Assembly (NCBI GenBank): GCA_043228905.1
Contig: JBHGNT010000001.1
Coordinates: 18,290,001 to 18,354,000 of the forward strand
Length of the DNA stretch: 64,000 nucleotides
Direction: 5' to 3'
Source: Azolla caroliniana
Taxonomy: Eukaryota; Plantae; Polypodiophyta
The notes under the pieces were generated by a model that was given only the letters and a program-made list of their open reading frames with translations, searched no databases and was not told where the DNA came from. Shown here piece after piece: positions 37,963 through 49,434 of the stretch; within the stretch, counting starts at the first letter, position 1; each line of letters opens with the position of its first letter. The position numbers were made by a program, and so were the translations under genes.

Positions 37963-40640
37963 TTCAAATTTTATGATGTGGGAGTTTAGGGGGAGAGATG
38001 CATTTGGTGGGGGGTTAAAGATTTTATAGGGTTATTTGAAAATGTGTGATGTGGGAGTTAGGGAGGGTGATGTATAGTGGTGGGTAGGAAAAGATTTTAT
38101 AGAGATCTTTGAAAACAGGATGGGGCTATGAGAGGGGATGGGTAGAAAGCAGGAATTTAGAAGTAAGGAGGGAGGGGTAGGAAGTGAAAGGGGGAGGGGG
38201 GGTAGAGGGGAAATTTAATTGAAGGAGGAAAGGGTAGAGTGAGATTTAGAAGAATGAAAGGGGGAGGGATAGGAAATAAAATTAGCAATAAGTAGGGAGG
38301 GGTAGGAAACAAAAATAGAAATAAGGGGCGAGGGGCGAGGGGTAGAATAAAATTACTAAAAGAGGGAGGGGTAGAGTAATAATAGGGAAAGAGGTGGGAG
38401 GGGTAGGGGTAGGGTGATCATAGAAAAATAGGAGGGAGGGGTATGAGTGAAAATCTAAAAAAAGGAAGGGGGAGGAGGGAGGGGTATGAATAAAAATCTA
38501 GAAAAAGGGAAGGGGGGAGGGGTAGATTGAAATTTAGAAAAAGGGTCAAGAGTAGGAAGTAAAATTTAGAGAGGTTGGAGGGGTAGAATGAAATTAAAGT
38601 TAAAGAAGGGAGGCTAAATTGAGATTTAGAAGAAAAACGATTTTGAGAGGAGGGCTAGGGGGAAGAAATAAAAGTGAGGGGGGGATAAATATAAATAGGA
38701 AGAAAGTGAGGAGGGGCATGAGATAAAACTTAAAGGGAGGGAATTGAGGGGAGCGATAGGAAGAAATTATGTGAAAGTAGGGGGGGTACGAGGAAAACAT
38801 GTAAAAGTAGGGGGAGGGGCAAAGGGGAGAATTATAAAAAGTAGGGGGAGGCGTAAGAGGTTAGATTCTGAAATTATGAAAGGTGAGGAAAGGGGTAGTC
38901 TAAAAATAAGGGGAGGGGTAGAATGATAAAATTTAAAGTTAGGAAGACAAAATTGGAAAAGTAAGGGGAGGGGTAGAGTTAAAACAAAAAGGAAAGGTGA
39001 GGGGGAGGGGGAGGGGGAGGGGGAGGGATGAGAAGAGGGGTAGGAGGAGGGTGCTAAAATAATGAGAAGTGAGAGGTAGAGTTAAAAATAAGAAAAAGTA
39101 AGGGGAGGGTATGGTGAGAATTAGGGAAAAGTAGGAGAGGGGTAGAGTTGAAAAATAGGAAAAAATAAAAGATGAGGGGAGGGGTAGAATTGGAAAATAG
39201 GAAAAACAGAATGAGGGTAGGATGCTAAAAGTTAAAAGGTGAGGGGTAGACTTCAAAATAAGGAGGTGGGGGGGTATAGTGAAAATATGGAAAAGGTAGG
39301 GTAGGGGTAGAGTTGAAAATAGGTAAGGGTGTGACACGAATTAAGTAAAACCAAAAGAGGGGTAAAGTTAACATAGAGAGAGACTATGGGGGGAAAGATA
39401 TTATGCAAGAGAATGAGAGGGGGAGGGGGAGTGATGTAAGGTATATTGGTTACAACAAAAGGGTAGAACATGTAGTGAATAGAAATGTCGGCTACAATGT
39501 AGTCCTACGCATTGGAAAGGAAATACTAAGATTATGAAAAAATGTCGGCTACCGAAAGTAGTCCAATGCATACATACTAAAAGAGACAAAAGGGAATGCA
39601 TGGCTGCTGAATGTAGTCCCATTCTGACAATGAAAAGATGTGAGGACAAGATGTCGAGAGCGTGAGGGATGCCGAATGGTACCATTGCAATGCTGCAAAT
39701 CGTTGCCCGAGGGAACTCATCATGAACGAAGGCTCGAAGGGTGTCGATGCTCATCCGTCATGGGTGCCAATCTCCGATCCGTGGAGCTCCATAGAAATAT
39801 GTTCGGTTTAGGGTTGGTCGACCGTTAAGTCGTAAACAAGGACTGCGGAATGGTGTGTCATCAGTGTATATCGTGGAGAGGGAGGAGCTTAAGATTAAAG
39901 CGGGAGAAAGATACTGATGATGATTAGAAAAAAATAAATACTACTACACTAACATTGGGGTCAAGCTATCACTTACTACGGCTTACAACCCAGAGGCGAA
40001 TGGGAAAATACAACAGGGTCATGAACCTATTGTGAAGGCATTAGTAAAGTCTTGTGTTGGGAAGCTAAGCGAATGACCTAGATTGCTATCATGTGTTGTG
40101 GGTTGATAGGACAACACACAACATCATCACTGGGTTTATGCCAACAGAGCTCATTATTGGTGCGAAACCTACATGCCAATAGAAAAAAACATCCTTTCAT
40201 GGGTCGCTTTACCATGGGAAGATGGAATGAGTAGAGAAGACTTGCTAACCACAAGGATCCGATTACTGGAGCAAAGACCTGAAGATGTCAAAATGGCAAT
40301 CGACTACATAAAGAAATCTCAACCAAAGAACAAAGAAGCTTTCTATAAAAAACACCAACTTCGCCTAAAGAAGAAAGAAGAAGGCGATTGGGTTTTAGTC
40401 TATGATGGTAGCTTGGACAATCAACACAATGCTACTCGGAAGTTCTTAAACAGGTGGTTTGGACCATATGTACTAAAGATAGTACAAGATAATGCCACTT
40501 ATCAGTTTATGGAGTTAGATGGTACTTATCTTGTTGTACTTATTGCAGGGAAAAGAGTTAAAATCTTTAAGGAAAGAGAAATGGCAAGTGTTTGCATAGA
40601 GTTACTAAACATCAACGAAGATGAGGAATGGCAAGAAACC
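34289..40640 (+). mobile_element. Degenerate gypsy (non-chromovirus): LTR 34289-34988, gag, protease and integrase C-terminus; RT/RH missing
   Basis: TGTCAAG..CTCGACA termini; PBS-like TGGTGAACCCGCCGTG at ~34996. gag FNGRNIKKF, CVWCDSVNH; protease VLIDYGFDINLM; INT AYNPEANG..RWFGPY. Confidence 0.75.
37345..39470 (+). repeat. Polypurine / G-rich low-complexity tract with (GA)n runs and GGGGTAG-type motifs
   Basis: The plus strand is almost C-free from 37.95 to 39.45 kb. A ~160-bp duplication lies at 37610-37930 and (GA)n at 37925-37960. Confidence 0.85.
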
Positions 40641-42335
40641 CTACCACCATTAGCACATGTTGAACGAGCAAGCTCAACATGGGCTGGACCGGGTGGACAA
40701 GCAGGTAGGCCAGAACAAAATCAACTCGGTTGGCTAGGCCCACTTAGGGTGACAAGTCTAAGCTCCGGACAGGGTTCCAGACCAGATGCCGGATTGGCTG
40801 AAGAAGCCGGATGCCGGAACGTCACACGTGCCGATTAGACCTATTCTCGTAAATAGGCCTAACATAGGCAGTTGGTGTCGGAGGCTCTTTTAAAAGCATT
40901 GAAGTACCTGTCAATACTTCATGACAGAGCTTGATCGAGACAGGGTGATGCAGATAGGTGTCACTGATCACACTACCCTGGAGAAGGAGATCGAGACGAA
41001 ATGGGTCCCACACGTGTGACTATGTACCACGAAGCTAGAGGAGGTCTGGTACGTAGATTTCAAAGTGTCAAATAATATGATGAACCATGTTGAGTGGTTC
41101 TCAAACATGGAAAAACCGGAACAATCGGGAGTTGTCAAGACCGGTGACAACACCGTGCACCCCATCAAACACATGGGTGATGTACCGCTCAACCATGTCC
41201 GACAAAAAGGCCAGATGTGGAATGTGCTGCATGTCCTGACAATTGCAAAGAACTTGGTTTCTGTTAGACAAATTGTCAATTAGGACATGGAGGTCTGATT
41301 TAATCAGCACGATTAATTCATAGAGGATGAGGGTTGGCTGATAGCGCGAGGGTGCAGAGATGCGAGGATGTTTATCCTCAAAACAAATGATGTTGGTGCC
41401 ACGATGTTTGTGAAAGGACGAAAGATCAAATCTAACTTCGACTAGTGGCACAAGCGGATCAACCACATCAATTATTAGAAGCTTCCAGAACTTTAGTTGA
41501 AACAGGTGGTTTCTAGACTACCGCAGTTTAGTGGCCGGAGGGCCGAGATATGTGACGCATGTCAACTTGGGAAGCAGCATTGGCTCCCATTCCCCAACGA
41601 AAAGAATCAGAGCCAGAATCGGCTTGACTTAATCCACACAGATGTACGGTGGCCGACAAGTTGTATAAGCATGGGCTGCAGTCAATACTTTGTGTCCTTC
41701 ATCACGACTTCAGTCGGCACACTTGGGTATTACCTCATAGAGAAGAAGAGCAAAGTCTTCTCCTGTTTCCGGGATCTAAAAAGCTTAGTTGAAAGAGAAG
41801 CATAGAGGAAAATCAAGTGTGTATGGTTGGATGGTGGAAAAGAAATTATACTTTTTCAGCCAGCTCACAAGTTACCTATAGTAGAAGGGAATCCGGAGGG
41901 AGTTCTCCTGTAGAGACACGTTGGAGCAGAACAACGTGGCCAAGACACAGAACCGAACTCTAGTAGAAGTTGCTAGGGCAATGCTAGAGGAGAAGAGGAT
42001 GCCCAAACTCTATTGAGCCTAAGTTATCCAGACGGCCATTTATATACAAAATCGGATCTTTGCTCCCGGAGCAAAGGTGTCACCACACGAGCTCTATTTC
42101 GGGCAAAAGCCGAATTTGACACATCTCAAGGTGTTCGATAGAATCACATATGTGCATATACCAGATGAGAGACAAAGAAAGTTGGATGCCAAGTCAGAGA
42201 AATGTGTTTTGGTCGGCTACTCACACGACCAAAAGAGGTAGAAGTCCTACAACCCCCCGTCAAAGCAAGTGCGAGTGAGTTGTGATGTCATCTTTGACAA
42301 ATGAACGTCTTGGTATTCCGTTCCATCTCCGACCC
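40640..42335 (+). mobile_element. pol: Degenerate copia fragment (protease to integrase)
   Basis: EEVWYVD, VLHVLTIAKNLVSV, CDACQLGKQH, LDLIHTDV, KLDAKSEKCVLVGY. Confidence 0.85.
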
Positions 42336-42344
42336 CTGAAAACT

Positions 42345-43471
42345 CCTATTGGATGGTTTGGACGACCAAGTGTGGAAGGGGTGGAAAACGGCTACGAGTT
42401 GAATTAGTAGTGGGTAGGACCAAGCGACGCAATAAAGAATCAAGAGTAGGAAATAACGGATTGAAAATTAGTAAAGTATTGAATATGCAACGGTTCACGA
42501 ACAGTCATAACCATCCATGAGCTCTATAAAAAGGGCCATGGAAAGCTTGTAAATGTTAATCGAATATCACTGTATCAGTGCGCTTGTAATAGAGTTCTGT
42601 TTACTCCCCCTCATAGCCTGAGTAAGAAATTGTGTCGTAATTTCTCTGTGTTGAGTCTCCACATTCTGTGTAAACATTGTGTAACCAATCGGTTGTAGAC
42701 GGCTTGGTCATCTCTACAATCGCGCAATCATTCTTCGTTTGATTCATACGTAAGTCCATACAGTTTGGTGTCCCCAATGATTCGAAGAGAAACTAACTCC
42801 TTTTCCCGAACACAAGACCTTGAGTCAAATAGACAAAGGACCGGATATTCAACACCGTGTTATCCAGGCCAATAACACTTTTGGCACGCCTGGTCGATGT
42901 GTGAGCACAGTGACGAACATAGGGGAATGGATGTTGTCTACCCAACGAGGCAGGAAGGATACAATGCGACGAGGTATACCCCAGACGCGGGCGCAATCCC
43001 AAAGTGCGGTAGAGCTCGCCCTGGAAAAGTCGCGACTAGACATTCAATTGCTGGATCTCGACGAAAGCGTGGTCAAGTCTACGCTCACCGAGCACGGCTT
43101 CATTGGATAGGAGGTCATGTCCGGAGTTCACCTAGACTTCGAAACCACCAACGGAAGTGGTTTTGAGGCCAACCATAGTAGTAATCACACACCGCTTATG
43201 ACAGATCGTGTGCATGCCAACATCAACCTTTACAACTCCGACACCATGACGTTTTTGTATCCCCATTAAAATGGTGAACTTGATGAAGAGGCACATGTGA
43301 GGTCATTCCTCAACATGTGGCAAGCCAACCACGTGTAGCAACAACAAGCGAAAGCCGACGCCAGAGTTCGGGCTCACTCTCGACAGCAAGGTGGCAAGAT
43401 GACATTCACAGGTCAACTTGGCCACAATTACGACCTTCCAACAACTACGAACGGTGTTCCTTTGCATGTTG
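42345..43471 (+). mobile_element. Gypsy-like LTR, leader and truncated gag (copy 1)
   Basis: TATA-containing LTR-like segment; gag relic EEAHVRSFLNMWQANH..EFGLTLD..ITTFQQLRTVF. Segment 42703-43471 is homologous to 48367-49145. Confidence 0.65.
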
Positions 43472-46400
43472 GCGGAACGTGACATCATTAACCTTACCGG
43501 TAATACGGAAAGGACCGAGTCGTCAATAATCCAACTTGTCGCACGGTCGAGTAGTCTTGATGTGATGACGTAAGAGGCATACTCGATCTCTGATGGCAAA
43601 AGAGGAGGGAAGCCGATGACGATCCACGTAAGTCTTCTGTGTCTGTTGAGCATGACGAAGATGAGTCGAGAGATCCGTCTAGACCAAATAATAAAGTTTC
43701 TTGCGAACAAATTTGGAGTCGAGGATGGCAGCAACTTCATACTTTGGGCCGGCGTCAAACTCAAGTGGGGGCGGCGGTGGTGTAACACGATCGGGAATAG
43801 TGTTTGCTTTATAAGGTTCCAGAAGAGAACTATGGAAGACTGGATATATCCGAAGATGTAGAGGAAGATCAAGGCGGAACGTGACATCACTAACCTTACC
43901 GGTAATACGGAAAGGACCGAGTCGTCGATAATCCAACTTGTCGCACGGTCGAGTAGTCTTGATGTGATGACATAAGAGCCATACTCGATCTCTGATGGAA
44001 AAAGAGGAGGAAAGCCGATGACGATTCACGTAAGTCTTCTGTGTCTGTTGAGCATGACGAAGATGAGTCGAGAGATCCGTCTAGATCTTGCGTAGTCTCT
44101 CCAAATGATCCCCGGCACGAGGATTGGTAGGTAGCTCCGGGGTGTCGATCACTGACCAGCGAGGATGAGAACCAGCATAAGCGTAGAATGGGGAGACTCG
44201 ATTCGAGGAGTGAACAACATTATTATACGCAAACTCCACAAAGTGGAGAATCTTGGCCCAATCGTCCTGTTGATAACTCAGGAAACACCAGGGATATTGC
44301 TCCAGCATTTGGTTTGTTCGTTCCGCCTACCCATCGGTCTGAGGATGGTAGCCGGAGGAGAGGTTGCAAGAGACCTTGAGCATCTTGAAGAGATGCTGCC
44401 AAAATTTGGAGACAAATTGCGGTCCCCGATCACTAATGATACTGTTTGGGAGGCCATGATGCCGAAATACCTCACGCATGACAAGGGCGGCGGTTTCCTC
44501 GCTAGTGATGGCCCTAGTACACAGCACAAAATGTGCCATCTTCGTATATCGATCGATGACGGTTAAGATAGCATCGAACCCCTTCGAGACTGGCAGATCG
44601 GTGATAAAATCAAGACAAATAGACTGCCACGGCTTAGTTGGAATCGGTAAGGGCTCCAACAAGCCATATGGATGGTGTCGTGGCATCTTTGCTCGGCAGC
44701 AAGCATCATAGGTTCGAACGTAGTCGTCGACAAAACGTCGCATATGGGGCAACCAAAAGGATCATTGAACTAGATCCAACGTCGTAGTGCTATCAAAATG
44801 TCCCGCCATATGGGTGTCATGACAACTTTGGACGATTTGAAGGCGACAGGAGCAATCGGGGACATATACAAGCTTTTTAAAGAATAACAAACCATCATGA
44901 TATTCGAATTGTCGGTAGTCCATACCTGGTTGCTGAGAATGGGAACAGGATGCCCGAGAGGTATCAATGTGCCCCAGAATGTCTTGAGCAAAATTGTCTG
45001 TCTTCAAACTCGTACATATGGTGTCTATAATCTGGGAATCCATTAGGGTGTGAAAAATCCGCGTTGTGTGCAATCGTGTTGGTCCCAAGATTACTTGCTT
45101 TTGATTATCGAACACTGGATCACCAGGACGAGGTGCAAGATATGAACGTCGTGATAGCGCATCTGCTTTTCCTTGCTGCTTCCCAGGTCTATATGTGATT
45201 TTGAAGTCGAAACGCGTGAGGAATTGAGCCCACCGAGCTTGCCGTCGATTTAGCACCCAAGCATTCTGGAAATAAGCAAGGTTTTTGTGATCACTAAATA
45301 CGATGACCTGATGTGGAGAGCCCTCTAAGAAATTCCGCCATTGCACAAAGGAATCCACGATGGCTAATAACTCCTTGTCATGTATTTCGTAGTTGATTTC
45401 CGCGGCATTGAATTTGCACGAATGGAAAGCCACAAGATGTAACTCTTCTTTATCTCCTTGTTGAGAAAGGAAGCTACCGAGGGCGAAATCCGATGCGTCG
45501 GCCTCCATGATGAATGGTTTCTTTGTATCCACATGTGCTAGAATAGGAGCTGACGTAAAGGCTTTCTTAAGATGCCGAAAAGCCAGGTCTGCTTCATTGG
45601 ACCGAAGAAATGCTTGTCCCTTCTTCATAAGTTGTGTGAGAGGTAAAATAATCTTTGAGTAATCCTGCATAAACTTGCGATAGAAGTTAGCAAAACCTAG
45701 AAAACATTGTACATCTCGTACCGACCGTGGAATTTGCCACTCTAGCACAGTTTGGACTTTAGTTGGATCCATGAAGATGCCCTTTGAGGAGATGACGTAG
45801 CCTAGAAATTCCACTTGCTTGCAGTCAAAGCTACATTTTTCAGGCTTGGCATAAAGACCATTCTCGCGGAGTCGTTTTAGTACTAATAGTACATGAGAAT
45901 CGTGCTCTTCCTAGGACTTCGAATAAATCAAGAGATCATCCAGATAGATGATCAAACAGATATCCAAGAGGTCTCTGAATATATCATTTGCCATGTGTTG
46001 GAAGACTGCGGGTGCATTGGTTAGACCGAACGGCATAACAGTATATTCGAAATGCCCATACTACGTGCGAAAGGCAGTCTTCCATTCATCTCCCGGTTAG
46101 ATCCGCACGAGGTTATACGCTCCTCGTAGATCGATTTTTGTAAAGAACTTGGCACCATTAACTCGCTCTAAAAGACTTGATATAAGAGGAAGTGAATACC
46201 TATTCCGGATGGTGATTTTATTTAAGCCGTGGTAATCAACGACGAGACAAAGTGAGCCATCTTTCTTCTTGACAAAGAAGATGGGTGCACCGGCCGGAGA
46301 TTTCGAATGACGAATAAACCCGCTTGCCAAGTTCTCCTCTATGTAGGCTCGAAGGACTTCTAACTCGGTTGGGGACAAGTTGTAAATGGGTCCCCATGGT

Positions 46401-48366
46401 GGCTCTGCTCCCGATTGTAGATCAATGGGACAATCATAGGGACGATGATGAGGAAGAGTACCGGCTTTTACCTTGTCAAATACATCGGCATAAGGAGGAT
46501 ATTTCGCCGGAAGTTGTACTAAGGATTCCTCCTTAATAGTGCTGGAAGGATATACTGATATTGCAAATAGGAACATTGCCTCCTTGTGTCCTTCTTCGCG
46601 TAATTGTCGTAGTGAAATGGTCGAAACTCGATGAGTAGATTCTTGGGGCTGTCGATGTCGGACTTCTCTTGTTCTCCAATCTATGTCTAGATTATGTAAT
46701 TCAAACCAAGGTAATCCCAGGACAATGGGATTTCAAATTTGTTTGAGATACTTGGGCTATTAGTACTATTAATACTATCAAACACTCTATTAGTACTATT
46801 AATACTATCAGACACTCCTAAGGGAAGAATTGACTCGGGTTTAGTACAGGCTACAATTTGATTTACCTATCTTCTTGGCCTATGGGGACAATTGATTGCG
46901 ATATGCCCTAGTCCACCACAATAAAGACATAATGGATTTGCACATCGTCGTTGCTTTTCTTCTTCTGATAACGGGCCACGTCGACGCATGGTATCGATCT
47001 CCATCGGTGTCGAAGTATTTGCTTGAGGTATGTCTCGTGCAAACAGTTTAGCCATGACTGAGGTGTAAGTGGGCTCCGGCCTAGAGCGTGGTATCTGTAA
47101 TTGACGTTCCGAATGTTGTTCGAAAAAGCGGTTGTCACATCGGACTGCTCGACTGATTGCCTCTGTAAGAGACTTTGGTTCTTCGGGGAAAGTTAGAAGT
47201 AGATCTTTGACATCGTTTCGCAGGCCATAGGGAAACTGCTCCATTAGTGCCCGATCATCCCAGGGGATATCTGAAGTGAGTAGGCAGAAATCCGCCACGT
47301 AGGCAGAGGCTGGACGATCACCTTGACGCAATCATCGGATCTTGTTGATCGTCGTCCTGATGTTGTCGGTGTCTCCAAAGCAGGCTTTGAACTCACTAAT
47401 AAAATCTTCAAAGTTATTAAGCAAGGGCGATTGTTTTTCTAGAAGCGGAGCGAACCATGCTAAGGCTGAGCCACTAAGCAACATGCCTATTAAGCCGACT
47501 CGGGATGCATCAGTGGGGTATCGGGAAGGATACATTTGGAGGACTAATCGTACCTGATTAAGGAATCCCCTGAATTGCGATCACGTTCCATCAAATTTCA
47601 CAGGAAGTCCAATCTTCGGCTCTTTATGAAATCCTTGGGGACTTGATCCTTGTTGTTGCAATGCCGCTTCGAGTTGTTGCACCCGTAACACTAACTCCCC
47701 ATGTTGTTGCTGCGTTTGTTGTTTTTCTAGAGCGATTTGTTGCAGATCCCCTATCAGCCGTTGGTTTTCTTGTTCCAAGGCAAAAAAAAAAATCTTTTAC
47801 GCACTGTAGCTCGGAGAAAACAGATTGATATTCTTGGGCACTAACAGTAGCCATAGTATAGGGAAAAGAGTAGGAGGATGAGGAAGAACGACAGGTAGGC
47901 TTGAGGAAAATTGGTTCAAACAGTCAAGAATAGTAATAAAGCAGAGATGGAATTAGTACTAAATAAGAGAAGTACTATTAGTACTAAGAGGACGAGACTA
48001 CGTAAGACTCCCGAGAGAGAGAGAAAGAGAGAAGAGAAAAGAGAGATAGCGAGGATGAGAGAGAGAGAGATGATGATAATAGCCAATATATTATGTGAAG
48101 GATAAGTACAAAATGGCTAAGAGGCTTAAGACTGGCATTGAACCAATTTGGTTCAACATAATGCCTAGTGGCTTCTTTTATAGTGTTCTCAGGAGTAATC
48201 CTGAAGCTTCTAGAATGTTCCAGAGAAATCTGGAATATACATTAATTTCTTATAATAAAATATAAATGAAAATAATATCCTATGAATTACAATGGATGGT
48301 GTGATGGTTAAGAGCTAGACCCATATACCATAAGGTCATGGGTTCGAGTCTTGCCATATCATGACA
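43472..48366 (-). mobile_element. Chromovirus (Tcn1/Tf-sushi-like) with one LTR (~48094-48366); 3' end rearranged
   Basis: gag KEPKIGLPVKFDG..CLYCGGLGHIAINC; RT AGAPIFFVKKKDG; RH EADASDFA; INT YHPQTDG; GPF; chromodomain start YEVAAILDSK..YYLV. Protease disrupted at ~46730-46830. Confidence 0.92.
48293..48360 (+). other. tRNA-like sequence at the 5' edge of the chromovirus LTR, antisense to the element
   Basis: TGGTGTGATGGTTAAG (A box-like) ... GGGTTCGAGTCT (B box) lies immediately inside the TGTCA terminus at 48366. Confidence 0.6.
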
Positions 48367-49230
48367 CTTGGTCATCTCTACAATCGCACAGTCATTCTTT
48401 GTTCGATTCACACATAAGTCCATACAGTTTGGTGTCCCCAACGATTCGAAGAGAAACGAACTCCTTTTCCCAAAAACAAAACCTTGAGTCAAAAAGACAA
48501 CAGACGGGATATTCGACACTATGTTATCCAGACCGATAACACTTTTGGCACGCTTGGTCGATCTGTGAGCAGAGTGAAGAACATCGGGGATTGGATGTCG
48601 TCTACCCAACGAGGCATGAAGGAGATAATGCGACGATGTATACCCTAGATGCAGGCGGAATCCCGACGTGCGGCAGAGCATGCCTTGGAAAAGTCGCGAC
48701 TAGACATTCCTTTCTTGGATCGACGTAAGCGTGGTCGAGTCTACGCTCACCGAGCATGGCTTCATTGGATAGGAGGTCATATCCGGAGTTCACCTAGACT
48801 TCGAAACCACCAACGGAAGTGGTTTTGAGGCCAACCACAGATGTAATTGCATACCGCTTATGACAGATCATGGGCATGCTAACATCAACCTTTACAACTC
48901 CGACACCATGACGTTTTCGTATCCCCATTAAAATGGTGAACGTGATGAAGAGGCACATGTGAGGTCATTCCTCAACATGTGGCAAGCCAATCACGTGTAG
49001 CAACAACAAGCGAAAGCTGACGCCAACGCATCGGAAATCGCAGAGTTCGGGCTCACTCTCGATGGCAAGGCGGTAAGGTGGCATTCACAGGTCAACTTGG
49101 CCACGATTACGACCTTCGAACAACTACGAACGGTGTTCCTTCGCTTGTTCCATCGCAACGTTCCACAACAAGAAATTATTAGTCAATTCTAGTTGATTCG
49201 ATAGTATGACCATGAACCCATTTCCGACCA
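48367..49230 (+). mobile_element. Gypsy-like leader and truncated gag (copy 2)
   Basis: Homologous to 42703-43471; gag continues LFHRNVPQQEIISQF. Confidence 0.7.
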
Positions 49231-49434
49231 CGGAAGGGGTTTAAATTAATCGGTGACATATAGAATATATATATATATATATATATATATAAGGGTATTA
49301 ATAAATATTTGAAAATATATTTACATAAGGGTATTATCAATTATGTTGGAAAAAAAAATTATATAAGCCCATGAAATATTAGATATTTCAATGAGATAGT
49401 AAAGAATATATTATGCAAACAATACTCAAATTTG

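Noticed and set aside
38600-39471. Hydrophobic or Gly/Lys-rich ORFs
   Set aside because: They are translations of the polypurine tract.
48293-48360. Functional tRNA gene (also 5900-5967 and 7410-7875)
   Set aside because: The stems do not pair well enough for a cloverleaf; kept only as tRNA-like motifs.
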